The notes under the pieces: generated by a model
The model's database searches: none
What the model was told of the DNA's origin: nothing
Seen by the model: the letters and a program-made list of their open reading frames with translations, nothing else
Translations under genes and position numbers: made by a program
Shown: positions 27,220 to 37,044 of the stretch, in pieces
How the letters are laid out: the number at the start of each line of letters is the position of its first letter
How positions within the stretch are numbered: the first letter of the stretch is position 1
Virus record (IMG/VR): IMGVR_UViG_3300024239_000011
Span: 1-64,000 of that record
Length of the DNA stretch: 64,000 bases
Reading direction: 5' to 3' (one strand)

Positions 27220-27685
27220 CAAACAAATTCAGCGTCTTCTTCAATTTGGCGCTGCCCAATCGGTGGAAAATCCGCTGGGGTATATGTCCAGCGTCACCGA
27301 CCGGTCGTTGCTGAAACTCGGCTTGATCGAGGTCGAAGAAACTCGGATGCGCTTTGGTGGACCCGGTGCCATCGGACGTGCGATGATGACGGTCAAAGTG
27401 GGCAAGCTGACCCCAGCCGGGCATCGCTATCTGGGGGATTGCGGGTTTGCTCCATTCCCCAATGAAGAACGGTTCCTGGGGAAACGGCGGGTCGGTTACT
27501 GCGCAGAACATTATCTGCCGTTTATTGCCTGTCTCGCTAAGGGCTGGGTGGAAATCACCGAGCGCACAATTCAACCACAAGATTGGGTTAAATGGAAAAA
27601 AACCAAAGCTGGTCGGGATGCCATGAAGATCGAACGCAGTCCGGAGGAAATTAACTTGATCAATTCTGTGATGCCGAATGAGTAG
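27206..27685 (+). CDS. hypothetical protein
   Basis: GAGGGA RBS; overlaps the previous stop. Confidence 0.65.
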   Translation: MKLSDKQIQRLLQFGAAQSVENPLGYMSSVTDRSLLKLGLIEVEETRMRFGGPGAIGRAMMTVKVGKLTPAGHRYLGDCGFAPFPNEERFLGKRRVGYCAEHYLPFIACLAKGWVEITERTIQPQDWVKWKKTKAGRDAMKIERSPEEINLINSVMPNE

Positions 27686-27905
27686 TCTCGGTACAGAAGC
27701 TTTCGGAACCGCGATTTTAACCCCGTAGGCGCCACTTGCGGGGTTTTTTGTGTGGTAACACCATCCTCAAGTTAGATAGGTTCCACGGCTCGGATATGCG
27801 CTTTCGAAGTCTTCCGGTGTGCAAACTGGTATAGGGATATATTTACTCTCCCATGATCTATGAATGAGGGTTCGAGGATTTCTCGACTTCGTGTATGCGG
27901 GTATT

Positions 27906-28409
27906 TTAGGTAAACCGGCGGCGATCTTCCAGCGGGAAGCGATGGTTGGTCATCCCCCATTGGTGGTAAACCGCTTCTATCAAAAGATTGTCTGGACAGT
28001 TGCGTTGGATTGGAGGTGCCAGAAGGGTACGCAACCATGTTAAATCTTCCAGAAAATCGTCCACGGCACCTTCACAAATTTCCATTGCTTGTTCAAAGGT
28101 GGTGTAGTGTCCGAAAATGAAGCCGCTATTCAACCGGGCAAGTTGTTCAACCCTCTGAGCAGAAATTGGTTCGAGGGTTTGACCTTTCCAAATGGATGCG
28201 GCGCAGAGATCGTTTTGTGTAAATTGCCCACGGACATCGTAATACAGGTCATCAACGTTAAGGACGACATGAGATTTGTCGAGATACATAATTTCCCCGC
28301 ACCCCCACCGATGTTGAAGTGTTAGGGCAAATTGCCAGCATCTCCCTCTCATATAGATGACTGGGTAGACGGGACGTACCAAGGTTCTACAAACCCTAAA
28401 AGTTGTCAT
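27906..28409 (-). CDS. hypothetical protein
   Basis: GAGG RBS; TTGACT-N17-TATAGT upstream. Confidence 0.6.
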   Translation of the reverse strand: MTTFRVCRTLVRPVYPVIYMRGRCWQFALTLQHRWGCGEIMYLDKSHVVLNVDDLYYDVRGQFTQNDLCAASIWKGQTLEPISAQRVEQLARLNSGFIFGHYTTFEQAMEICEGAVDDFLEDLTWLRTLLAPPIQRNCPDNLLIEAVYHQWGMTNHRFPLEDRRRFT

Positions 28410-28476
28410 GGCGTACCTCTGTCGAAATACCCACTATAATGCTTATAGTTGTAAAGTCAAGTACGGTATCAACAAA

Positions 28477-28662
28477 TTACCAAGTAATGATGAGCTTTCC
28501 GTTACCACCGGGCTGGGTCATTTGACCACCAACGCCAATCCCAGGTATTTGGATTTCCTGGGTTAATACCGGAACCGCTTTGTAGGTTAACGTTGCCGGA
28601 TGGAATTTTTGATTTTATTTTAAACGTTCCAGCAGGAATAACGCCACCAGTGAAACACCCAT
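28477..28662 (-). pseudogene. frameshifted mini member of the MGISF-leader family
   Basis: FTGGVIPAGTFKIKSKIP is out of frame with the ATG; C-terminal PGGNGKLIITW matches 43348-43503; TATAAATA upstream. Confidence 0.6.
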
Positions 28663-28754
28663 TAGACCACCGCCTTACCCAAAACTATATTTATATGGTT
28701 GACTTTCAGCTAGTCATTGGATAGGTTTGACCGTCCATACCGTAGGGTAGTGTT

Positions 28755-29675
28755 ATGCGATCCGATGTCCTTCCAACTCCTGATGCGATCATGGCTGATT
28801 ATGCATTGGTACGCGAATACACCCGTGACGCATTGACCTGTGTGAGTCCAGATTTGGTTGGCAAAGGCTATGCCGATCACGTCAACGTCAGTGCCAGAAA
28901 CAAGCTCGGCTGGTACACCTACCAGTGGGATAGTTTCGACAAATTACCGAAACGCATGCGTGACTTCCTGAATTTTGATTCAGTGGATGTCGGAACAGAT
29001 TTTTCCCGGCTTCAAAACGAATGGTCTACTGTTGAGCGCAAAGCCAAAGAAGCTATTGGGCGGATTGCCCAATATGAGGACGCTCTTGGACGGGTGGATG
29101 CCTTGCCTGATTGGCTCAAGGATGCCACTACCGAAGAAGTGGAATTGATACGCACCCTCAAGGCAAAACGCATCGAAGAAATCAAACGCGCTGAAGAATG
29201 GAAACGGCAGCAGGAACGGCGTCGCGAACGCATCGTTGATGAAATCATGGATATGGTTGATCACTTGGCTGATCGATATGATTGTGAATTCGCTGATTAC
29301 CACGATTATTCGTCACGAAGCATTCGCGAACGGTTCGCGGCGTCTCGGCGCATGGAAGAGATGGAACGCGCAATGCGTCGAAGCGGTCGCCGCTCGCCAC
29401 ATTATGATCGAAATCAATTACGCCTCGGTTTTGTGCGTATACTCCAAAGCGCACCATTGGATGATCCCTATATGTTAGGTGCGGTGATGCGAGCGGTTGA
29501 GCGTATGTCTCCTGTTGACCTCGAACGTATTGCCATGGGTGATTATAATAACTTTATGTATCGTGTGCAGATGGTTGAGTATAGCGAGCATCGGCGGCAC
29601 TACGATACCCCGACGATCACGGTTCCTGCTGCTGCAATTATTCCCCTACCGGAATTGCGCGGTAGGAATTTCTAG
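28755..29675 (+). CDS. hypothetical coiled-coil protein
   Basis: 306-aa ORF behind a TTGACT promoter. Confidence 0.7.
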   Translation: MRSDVLPTPDAIMADYALVREYTRDALTCVSPDLVGKGYADHVNVSARNKLGWYTYQWDSFDKLPKRMRDFLNFDSVDVGTDFSRLQNEWSTVERKAKEAIGRIAQYEDALGRVDALPDWLKDATTEEVELIRTLKAKRIEEIKRAEEWKRQQERRRERIVDEIMDMVDHLADRYDCEFADYHDYSSRSIRERFAASRRMEEMERAMRRSGRRSPHYDRNQLRLGFVRILQSAPLDDPYMLGAVMRAVERMSPVDLERIAMGDYNNFMYRVQMVEYSEHRRHYDTPTITVPAAAIIPLPELRGRNF

Positions 29676-29758
29676 ACAATACTGCACTCCGAAATAAATT
29701 GAAGGTTTACTAGCACTCACACTAATTTGGCCGCTCTGGTCAGATTAGTGAGAATGTC

Positions 29759-30796
29759 ATGCGTAAACTCGTTACTATCCGTGAAGTATCGGAACTTCGT
29801 CCAATTCCGGATTCTGATTTTATTGAACTTGCTATCGTTGACGGATGGCAGGTAGTGGTCAAAAAGGGCGAATTCCAAGTTGGCGACCGTGGTCTATACC
29901 ACGAGATCGACAGCTTTGTTCCAGCATCAGATGAACGCTATGCGTTCCTGTCCAAGGATTTCCGCGAGTACGAAGGAAATCAGGGTGCCCGTCTGCGCAG
30001 CATGCGGTTCCGTGGACAGCTTTCTCAGGGTCTTATGCTGCCGATTTCGTCGTTCCCTGAAGTCGCTGATAAAGCGAACGGTGAGGATGTTACCGAAATC
30101 GTCGGTGTGATCAAATGGGAACCGGCAATGCCTGCCGAAATGAAGGGTGAAGCACGTGGTTTATTCCCGTCGTACATTCCGAAAACAGACGCCGAGCGAG
30201 TTCAGAACATCCCGGATGTATTGGAAATGAACAAGGGTCATCGGTTCGAGGCGTCCATTAAGCTTGATGGCACGTCTTGCACCATGTTCTATGGTGGTCC
30301 GGATCACGACAAGCACTTCGGTATTTGCTCGCGCAATTATGAACTGCGTGAGTCGGACACCCATACTATGTGGGTGCTGGCGCGCAAGTACCGGTTGCAC
30401 GAAATCCTTTCGGAGTTTGGCGAGTTCGCTATCCAGGGCGAAGTAATTGGCGAAGGGATTCAGGGCAACGTGGAGAAATTGAAGGGGCAGGATTTCTTCG
30501 TTTTCAATATCTACGACATCAAAGCAGGGCGTTATATGTCCCCGGTGGATCGTATGGCGGTGATCGACAAGATCAACGAACTATATGGGGTTGGTCTGAA
30601 AAGTGTCCCGGTGCTTGAACAGTCGATTGCTCTAGACGAGAAGTTCACGACTATTCAGGACATCCTTGACTATGCAGATGGTCCGTCCCTCAACCCCCAA
30701 GCTAAGCGTGAGGGTGTGGTGTTCAAGAGACTGGATGGTGGTGCTAGTTTTAAGAGCATATCAAACGCATTTCTACTAAAACACGGTGATCGGTAA
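29759..30796 (+). CDS. ATP-dependent RNA ligase, DRB0094/Rnl2-like family
   Basis: N-terminal OB-like RKLVTI..ELAIVDGWQVVVKKGEF; motif I SIKLDGTS; QGEVIG, FFVFNIYD, REGVVFK, SFKSIS. Confidence 0.88.
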   Translation: MRKLVTIREVSELRPIPDSDFIELAIVDGWQVVVKKGEFQVGDRGLYHEIDSFVPASDERYAFLSKDFREYEGNQGARLRSMRFRGQLSQGLMLPISSFPEVADKANGEDVTEIVGVIKWEPAMPAEMKGEARGLFPSYIPKTDAERVQNIPDVLEMNKGHRFEASIKLDGTSCTMFYGGPDHDKHFGICSRNYELRESDTHTMWVLARKYRLHEILSEFGEFAIQGEVIGEGIQGNVEKLKGQDFFVFNIYDIKAGRYMSPVDRMAVIDKINELYGVGLKSVPVLEQSIALDEKFTTIQDILDYADGPSLNPQAKREGVVFKRLDGGASFKSISNAFLLKHGDR

Positions 30797-30826
30797 AAGA
30801 AAGGGCGGGAGAAATCTCGCCCTTTC

Positions 30827-32371
30827 TTATTGGAGAAAGTCTGCGAATTTTGCCTTCATATCGTCAGTAAGATCATGACGGCGTTGGAGTGCCCATTCCA
30901 TATTGACACCTTCTGCCGCTGCAATCCTCTTTATGAAATTACGAATATTCTCAGAAATCGGCATTTGGTCTTCTAGGATCACGAAGAACGCGACCACCAT
31001 GAACATTTCCTCGCGGCGTCGTTCCGGTGGTAGACTCGCATCATAGAGTTTCTTCAAATTGTCACCGATACCACTGGTATATTTGGACAGCGCATCCCAC
31101 AACAACGCCGCATGAACTTCTGGGTATGTACGCAGTGTTGACCGGCGATGATGGTCCCGAAGCATGGGTGGCACAATTGTCGCGGCTGCCTGGATTGGAA
31201 TGATCTTGAACATCTTGCGGATTTGCGGCAGTGGGATGTTATCCCATACTTCCGGTGACATGTTGTTCGCGATCAGATTGATTACGCTGACCACGCCGCA
31301 ATTGTTAACAAACACCCGCAGGTTCGTCATGACTTCCAGTGGGAAATCAGTGACGAGTTGGGATACTTGTTCAGGTGACAATCTCGACACAAGATTTTCC
31401 CATCCACAATCACTGGCAACGCCAATAAGGTCATGCACTGGCATGAGACGGATCAATTCGGCAAACTGCTTCATTTGTCCACCGAACAACCCGCTTCCGC
31501 TTTTTGCCATCTTGAGGACTGTATCGCGAATGACCGGCCAAATTTTTTCTTTCTCTTCCTTCGACATGTTTCGAATTTTAAATGCGTCAATCAATTTGCC
31601 ACTATTGGTCTTGATCAAGGCATTCGAACCGTCATTGTACAGATGCGGGTTAAGGCAATAAAGCGACGAAAGCTCACGCGGATTGACCTGATCCAGCCAT
31701 GCTTCGACGGTCTTCTTGAAGCCATCGACATTGGTGCCGTACACCGTGCTTTCCGGGTACAAGATGATGTCGTCGCGCACATCTGGATTGACGAAGGGTT
31801 TGATGAGCAATCGCCCGAGTGGATGGTTGATGTTCTTGTCATTGTTCTTGATCAAGTATGCGACCAACGTCCCTTCCTTGATGTCGAAGAACACGTAGTG
31901 GCTATTATCCGTTGTTTCGTCATCATTATTACGCATAGGCGTCAACTGCATACAGCTTTGCCAACCGCGTCCGGTGGACATGCTGGCGATATCATAGGGA
32001 TGTCGCGAAATGCACACGAGATATTCTTCGTTCTTCGACCCGGCACGGTTTGGATCATTCACGAATGTCTGAAGTAGTTCCGGGTCATCCTGAAGTATTC
32101 GCCCGATACGAATTTTCCGGCGTCCATCGGTGGCGATCCCAGCAGCATAATCTTCAATCCGATAGCCTTTTGATTCCACCTTGGAAGCAATGCGCTCCGG
32201 TGCCTGGATGGGTTCTGCCGACCCGTTTAGTGGAAGGTAAATGCGGTATGCGTTCTGGTCATCGGTGAAGCGTTTGAAGATATCCACGTAATTGGTTTTG
32301 TCCCACCCACGGCGGTACATCTTGGCTACGTTCAATGGAATAGTTTCGTTGATGATCTCGCGTATTTTCAT
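30827..32371 (-). CDS. leader-bearing protein (MKIREIINET) with ISRHPYDIASMST...WQSCM domain
   Basis: 514-aa ORF; GTAAATA upstream. Confidence 0.7.
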   Translation of the reverse strand: MKIREIINETIPLNVAKMYRRGWDKTNYVDIFKRFTDDQNAYRIYLPLNGSAEPIQAPERIASKVESKGYRIEDYAAGIATDGRRKIRIGRILQDDPELLQTFVNDPNRAGSKNEEYLVCISRHPYDIASMSTGRGWQSCMQLTPMRNNDDETTDNSHYVFFDIKEGTLVAYLIKNNDKNINHPLGRLLIKPFVNPDVRDDIILYPESTVYGTNVDGFKKTVEAWLDQVNPRELSSLYCLNPHLYNDGSNALIKTNSGKLIDAFKIRNMSKEEKEKIWPVIRDTVLKMAKSGSGLFGGQMKQFAELIRLMPVHDLIGVASDCGWENLVSRLSPEQVSQLVTDFPLEVMTNLRVFVNNCGVVSVINLIANNMSPEVWDNIPLPQIRKMFKIIPIQAAATIVPPMLRDHHRRSTLRTYPEVHAALLWDALSKYTSGIGDNLKKLYDASLPPERRREEMFMVVAFFVILEDQMPISENIRNFIKRIAAAEGVNMEWALQRRHDLTDDMKAKFADFLQ

Positions 32372-32464
32372 CAGGCACCTTAGACTTTTCTCTATTTACT
32401 CCTAACCCGGTTTGACAGTACGGACAAGTTGTGTTAGGATAAAACTACGTAGTGGAGTCCTATT

Positions 32465-32686
32465 ATGTCTGGCAAAATTCGCGAATACCAAGTGTCTCTT
32501 CGTGGGTGCAGCCAGGGTATCTATTGGGGTGCCACCAAGGCGGAAGCCCTGATTGGGTTCTTCCGGGAGAACCGGTATACCACCGAACAAGTGTGGATTG
32601 GTGCTGACGGTAAGATCAATTACGCCAGCGATGATATCAAGAACGCGCTTGGCGACATCAAAGACTATCAGATCGAGCGCGCGTAA
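32465..32686 (+). CDS. hypothetical protein
   Basis: GGAG RBS; TTGACA-N17-TAGGAT upstream. Confidence 0.65.
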   Translation: MSGKIREYQVSLRGCSQGIYWGATKAEALIGFFRENRYTTEQVWIGADGKINYASDDIKNALGDIKDYQIERA

Positions 32687-32707
32687 TAAAAATCTTCTTG
32701 GGTGGTC

Positions 32708-32736
32708 TTGACTAATCTTTGGCTAGACCATATACT
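32708..32736 (+). promoter_or_regulatory. sigma70-like early promoter
   Basis: TTGACT-N17-TATACT. Confidence 0.7.
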
Positions 32737-32759
32737 ACTTCCAGTTTGGAGTTAGAACC

Positions 32760-33224
32760 ATGAAGACGCAGCCCGACATCATCATTGGTCAGGTACACAG
32801 CTACGACGGACCTGAATGCTATCTGGATGTACTGGAACGGCAGCCGCAAGGTTTCTACACGTTCCGCGTCGAAGCCATCGGACCCAACCGTGGTAAGGGC
32901 GTCCGTGCCAAGCTGCGTGCCGAGTTTATCAAGAATGCCGAGGTTGCGGGCAAGACCGTCAAGGGCGTGCGCTTCATCGGTCACGACATGATCAAGACCC
33001 ACTATCACGACTACTTTGAGCGTGGTGACGTGATGAAGTGGGATGATCTGAAGGACGCCGATTTCACCGCCTATCACCACTATTTTATTGATTACCCAGC
33101 GCCGGTCAACATGACCAAGGTGCATGACGGGGAGTACCTGGGGTCGAAAATGGGTTGGCGCGATCTGCGCGATCTGTGCAACGGCGGTAACATCCGTCGT
33201 GCCATCCTCAAGGTGACGGAGTAA
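32760..33224 (+). CDS. hypothetical protein
   Basis: GGAG RBS; GC3-rich codons. Confidence 0.7.
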   Translation: MKTQPDIIIGQVHSYDGPECYLDVLERQPQGFYTFRVEAIGPNRGKGVRAKLRAEFIKNAEVAGKTVKGVRFIGHDMIKTHYHDYFERGDVMKWDDLKDADFTAYHHYFIDYPAPVNMTKVHDGEYLGSKMGWRDLRDLCNGGNIRRAILKVTE

Positions 33225-33269
33225 TCCCATGTCGATGGTACTTACCAATCCCGATCAGTCTCCGGTTGA

Positions 33270-33482
33270 GTGCGCCTATGCACCGACCTGGGCATCACCT
33301 GTAATCCGGATGCCCGGCTGCTGCGGATCGAGCGCGATTCCATGGTCAACGTGATCAACGCCGACGAGCAGGGGAGCTACGATCAGGTGATGCAGTTCCT
33401 TCAGGAGTTTTTCCCGGAACATCGTGTCTATTGGACGCGGCGTTCTGACGATCACATGTGGGTGGAATTCCGCCCCAAGTAA
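33270..33482 (+). CDS. hypothetical protein (start uncertain)
   Basis: ORF; an upstream ATG at 33229 is out of frame. Confidence 0.5.
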   Translation: MRLCTDLGITCNPDARLLRIERDSMVNVINADEQGSYDQVMQFLQEFFPEHRVYWTRRSDDHMWVEFRPK

Positions 33483-33496
33483 AACTTGGAGGGATC

Positions 33497-33679
33497 ATGA
33501 AGTTCGACGTATTTAAGATCGTGGTAGTGTTTGGAATCATTGCGGTCGGCATCGTCATGTTACAGGGATGGCGCGGTAATGTCTATGATCGTTGCATGGC
33601 GGACAACCGCAACGCAGTGCAGTGCGAAATTTACGCCAAAGCCCGCACCGGAATGAGTCGTCCGATGTGGGATGACTAA
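33497..33679 (+). CDS. small membrane-anchored protein
   Basis: GGAGGG RBS, N-terminal TM; followed by terminator 33682-33712. Confidence 0.6.
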   Translation: MKFDVFKIVVVFGIIAVGIVMLQGWRGNVYDRCMADNRNAVQCEIYAKARTGMSRPMWDD

Positions 33680-33709
33680 GGAAAAGCCCGGTCATTGACC
33701 GGGCTTTTT

Positions 33710-34636
33710 TTACTTCGTTTTGTCGATGAATTCACCGTTGTGATCGCGGGCAAAATTATCAGCACCAATGTATAAAGCATGTTGTGCCGCCCACGCAGCA
33801 TCGCGCTCTGGGTGATCCTGCCACGTGATCTTCACGGGATAGAAACCGTTTTTTCCGGCGACGGCATCGCGCCAAACTTCCGCGAATGTGCCTGCGGTCG
33901 TATTGGGATTGCTCATCAGGATGCAATGCCCACCCGTAGACAGGGTTGGGATAATTGACATCCAGAAATCACGCATGGTTTTGTGGCTGACATAAGCAGC
34001 AGAATCAATCACCAAAAGATTGATCGTCATTCCACGCCCAGCATGCTCTTGGACTGCTCTGGTTATAATGCGCGACCCATTGGCAAATTCAATACGCTCT
34101 GAGGTGTAATATTTCACTCCGTCACGAAGATAATCGGGACATGTCTCATAAAAGTATTTGAGAATTTGAACCAGTGCTTTGGCGTGCGTCAGATTGGCGC
34201 TACAAAGCATGATGGTTTGGTTGGCATTGAACATTGCTTTCCATAGTACATACAACATTGTTGTTGTCGATATACCCATTTGACGTGAATGGTTGACTAC
34301 CACCATGCGATGTTCAGCGTATGCCTGTAAAAGATTTTTCTGAAAATCATACAGACTGAAAGGTATTGACCCCTTCACTGGATGTTGAACGAAATTTTTC
34401 TCTGCAAAAATGATCGGTGTGGTCATACACGCTGACAGTTCTTTCAACTGTTCTTCGGTGTATTTGGTCGGGGTAAACGCGGGTTTGATCAATGGTGGTG
34501 TTAACGGTTCGGGGACTGCTTGGACATAACCGGCGATCCGGTCGGCCAACGTGAACAGTTCTTCCATCTTGGCATCATTGCCCAAGCGACGCTCTGCCAT
34601 CAACAGAGCGTTGAAGCGAATATCAGTAATATGCAT
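33710..34636 (-). CDS. terminase large subunit ATPase-domain paralog (gp17-like), catalytically degenerate, no nuclease domain
   Basis: HPVKGSIPFSLYDFQ, SRQMGISTT (Walker A K to I), IEFANGSRI, GRGMTINLLVIDSA (Walker B E to S), PTLSTGG. Confidence 0.8.
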   Translation of the reverse strand: MHITDIRFNALLMAERRLGNDAKMEELFTLADRIAGYVQAVPEPLTPPLIKPAFTPTKYTEEQLKELSACMTTPIIFAEKNFVQHPVKGSIPFSLYDFQKNLLQAYAEHRMVVVNHSRQMGISTTTMLYVLWKAMFNANQTIMLCSANLTHAKALVQILKYFYETCPDYLRDGVKYYTSERIEFANGSRIITRAVQEHAGRGMTINLLVIDSAAYVSHKTMRDFWMSIIPTLSTGGHCILMSNPNTTAGTFAEVWRDAVAGKNGFYPVKITWQDHPERDAAWAAQHALYIGADNFARDHNGEFIDKTK

Positions 34637-34722
34637 GTTCTTTCCTCATCGTGTTACGCCGTATTTCAGGCGCCCGAAGCGTATTTCGGCTTTCGGGGAT
34701 GAGGATATTTAGCAGGACAAAA

Positions 34723-35571
34723 TTACCACCCTGTGATGATCTTGCGATACTGGCGCCAGTTGGATTGTACCCATTTGACCACTTCGGTGATTTCTTCTGA
34801 ACAGAACACACCGGCATGGCTGTCATGGGAATTCTCACGCCGTTTCAAGGGATGCGGCTTCACGCACCATGCTTCATCGGTGTACAATTCATCAGTTTGC
34901 ACTCGCCCGCGCTCGACCACAATGATGGATCGCGGATCAACGTCTTCACCCCAGAACACGACCTGATCTTCTTCGTCGCCGTAGTGGGTGCATTCGACAC
35001 CACTGTTCTGGAAGATCACAAGCTCATTGCCATACTTCCCTTTACTAGCAACCCAATCGACATACTTGGAGTTGGCAGTAAATGCGAAGTTATAACCGCC
35101 ATAGTTCTTCTCTGTTTCATGCACCCATTTGGTTAGACCCAAGCGATCCATGTCATCCATACCTTTGGTAAAACCACTCTTGCCGATGTTGTGAGCATCA
35201 TAGGTAAAATGAACAAGCCATGTATGTCGTGGAAGAAGCGTCTTGTGATTGAGGTCCATATGTGCCCAGGTCGGCGCAGACGCAGGGTCATTTTGCATTA
35301 CTTCGGCGGCAATCGTTTCGCGGAAATCTTCGTAAAACTCTTCTTGCATTTCCTTAGGGAGTTTGAAGAAAACCTCAGGTTCAAGATCATTCACGTCACC
35401 GGATGAGTCAATTTGAGTATCTTCAATTTGAGATAATGCTTGGAGAACTTCGGGATGGTGTTCTGCCCACAGCGAAAATTCCCACCAACGCTGGTAAATG
35501 TCGATCTCTTGATTACGAATATGACGGAGTAACGCCAAATTATTTCTGGAATAAATTTCCCTGATTTTCAT
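34723..35571 (-). CDS. leader-bearing hypothetical protein (MKIREIY)
   Basis: Start moved to 35571; ATAAATA at 35594-35600; LVHFT...GFTKG resembles an ART first strand. Confidence 0.65.
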   Translation of the reverse strand: MKIREIYSRNNLALLRHIRNQEIDIYQRWWEFSLWAEHHPEVLQALSQIEDTQIDSSGDVNDLEPEVFFKLPKEMQEEFYEDFRETIAAEVMQNDPASAPTWAHMDLNHKTLLPRHTWLVHFTYDAHNIGKSGFTKGMDDMDRLGLTKWVHETEKNYGGYNFAFTANSKYVDWVASKGKYGNELVIFQNSGVECTHYGDEEDQVVFWGEDVDPRSIIVVERGRVQTDELYTDEAWCVKPHPLKRRENSHDSHAGVFCSEEITEVVKWVQSNWRQYRKIITGW

Positions 35572-35609
35572 TATCTGTCTCCCTGCGTGGCAATATTTAT
35601 CCAACCGGG

Positions 35610-35638
35610 TTGACAACCATCGCGATTATGGGTATCCT
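35610..35638 (+). promoter_or_regulatory. sigma70-like early promoter, back-to-back with a late promoter
   Basis: TTGACA-N17-TATCCT. Confidence 0.6.
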
Positions 35639-36190
35639 ATGTTGGTTCGAGAATGGAGACATGCCATGGGCGCCGGTAAGTATTCCCCCACTATCAGTGC
35701 TGCGTATCATGCCGATCAAGATTGGTGGCATAAGAATGGCGGCGGTACGGTCGATGTCTGCTACGACAGCGACGGCTATGACTCCTACGGCTACAACAAG
35801 GATAATGTTGATCGCGCCGGTCACGAAGAAGACGATTACGACCGTGACGCCGATCTCGTCTTTGATATTGAAACCGAGTGGTCGTTCAACAAGGAAACCG
35901 GCAAGCCGTGTCTGCGCTTCGAGCGCATTCGCGTGACCAACGAAGACATGGTTGCGCTGTTTGGGCTGAAGGCGATGGACCGGCATATGGTTGTCACTAT
36001 CGACCCCAAGATCGAGCGTCTTGCGCGGGGTGGTTTGATCATCACCGAGTCCATGAAGGGGCAGGGCACCTGTGTCCAGTGGACTGACGCGCATGTGTCG
36101 GTCAAGATCACCCCTGAAGGGGAAACCAAGGTTGCGGAATGGCTCAAGGGCACGTTCCATGTCAAGACCATCACGCATGGAAAGGTGTGA
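35639..36190 (+). CDS. hypothetical protein with YDxxGY repeats
   Basis: YDSDGYDSYGYN; true start probably the ATG after GGAGA. Confidence 0.65.
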   Translation: MLVREWRHAMGAGKYSPTISAAYHADQDWWHKNGGGTVDVCYDSDGYDSYGYNKDNVDRAGHEEDDYDRDADLVFDIETEWSFNKETGKPCLRFERIRVTNEDMVALFGLKAMDRHMVVTIDPKIERLARGGLIITESMKGQGTCVQWTDAHVSVKITPEGETKVAEWLKGTFHVKTITHGKV

Positions 36191-36286
36191 ACATGAGCGA
36201 TTCGCCGTGGTATGGCGAACCCGAAGTGACGCCGGAAGAATACGAGCGCCAGTCCATGTAATAATCCTTTGGGAATGGAGACTGAA

Positions 36287-36472
36287 ATGATCACCACTAC
36301 GATTAATGATTTTGCCGATCATCGGGAAATCGTTGAAACCATCAATGATGGGGTTATTAAGAAATTTTCGGTATCTTTCGATGGTGGTAGGTTCGTGCTG
36401 ACAATCAATGACAAGCCAGTTCACGTGGGCACGGTTAGCATTGATTTTTGTGTCGAAGCAGAAATCAAGTAA
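36287..36472 (+). CDS. hypothetical protein
   Basis: GGAGA RBS. Confidence 0.55.
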   Translation: MITTTINDFADHREIVETINDGVIKKFSVSFDGGRFVLTINDKPVHVGTVSIDFCVEAEIK

Positions 36473-36483
36473 GGGAACCGGGG

Positions 36484-36777
36484 ATGAGTCGCGAGCAATG
36501 GCATTGGGAAGACGGCGAATGCACGAAAGATTGCATTTTTCGTTTGAGTCCGGGGTTTGCCTGGATTGTGTATCCAGAATGCGACGTGGCTGTTGCGACC
36601 GTATCTCAGGATTATGCATTTTACCAAGACACCCTTTTTCACTGGACCATCACTGATCAAAATGGTGTGACGGTTAAAGGGGTTGCATTTTCTATGGATG
36701 AAGCGAAGAAAGTCGTTGAAGCGCATCTTGGTGTTAACACGTTGCCGACATTTGCACGTTCCGACTGGAAGAAATAA
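36484..36777 (+). CDS. hypothetical protein
   Basis: Purine-rich RBS; operon packing. Confidence 0.6.
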   Translation: MSREQWHWEDGECTKDCIFRLSPGFAWIVYPECDVAVATVSQDYAFYQDTLFHWTITDQNGVTVKGVAFSMDEAKKVVEAHLGVNTLPTFARSDWKK

Positions 36778-36779
36778 TC

Positions 36780-36971
36780 ATGGCTGTTACACTCGCCTAC
36801 GCGGTTGCGGATATTCACGACATGGTTAAGATGAAACAACCATCCAGCCATATTCAGGACACCCTCTCGTATTATGCGTCGGAAGTGGCACCGGGTTTGG
36901 GGTTGAAACCCGACGACGCTTATTGGGTGATCAAGGCGGCTTACGAGAAACAATACGGCAAGTTGGAATAG
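36780..36971 (+). CDS. hypothetical protein
   Basis: Operon packing. Confidence 0.55.
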   Translation: MAVTLAYAVADIHDMVKMKQPSSHIQDTLSYYASEVAPGLGLKPDDAYWVIKAAYEKQYGKLE

Positions 36972-37018
36972 TAATACTTGTCCTGGGACTTGACAGTAGT
37001 ACCCAGGACAAGTATTAT
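36972..37018 (+). promoter_or_regulatory. 16-bp perfect inverted repeat enclosing an early promoter
   Basis: taatacttgtcctggg / cccaggacaagtatta; TTGACA (36990-36995) in the loop, TATTAT 17 nt later in the right arm. Confidence 0.7.
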
Positions 37019-37044
37019 GTTATGGTCTAACAAATGGTGCGACC

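Noticed and set aside
27700-27850. Late ncRNA downstream of a GTAAATA box on the minus strand
   Set aside because: A single box and a terminator-like hairpin, but no convincing structure or ORF; TAAATA can occur by chance in AT-rich spacers.
33710-34636. The phage's working large terminase
   Set aside because: The Walker A lysine and Walker B glutamate are substituted and the nuclease domain is absent.
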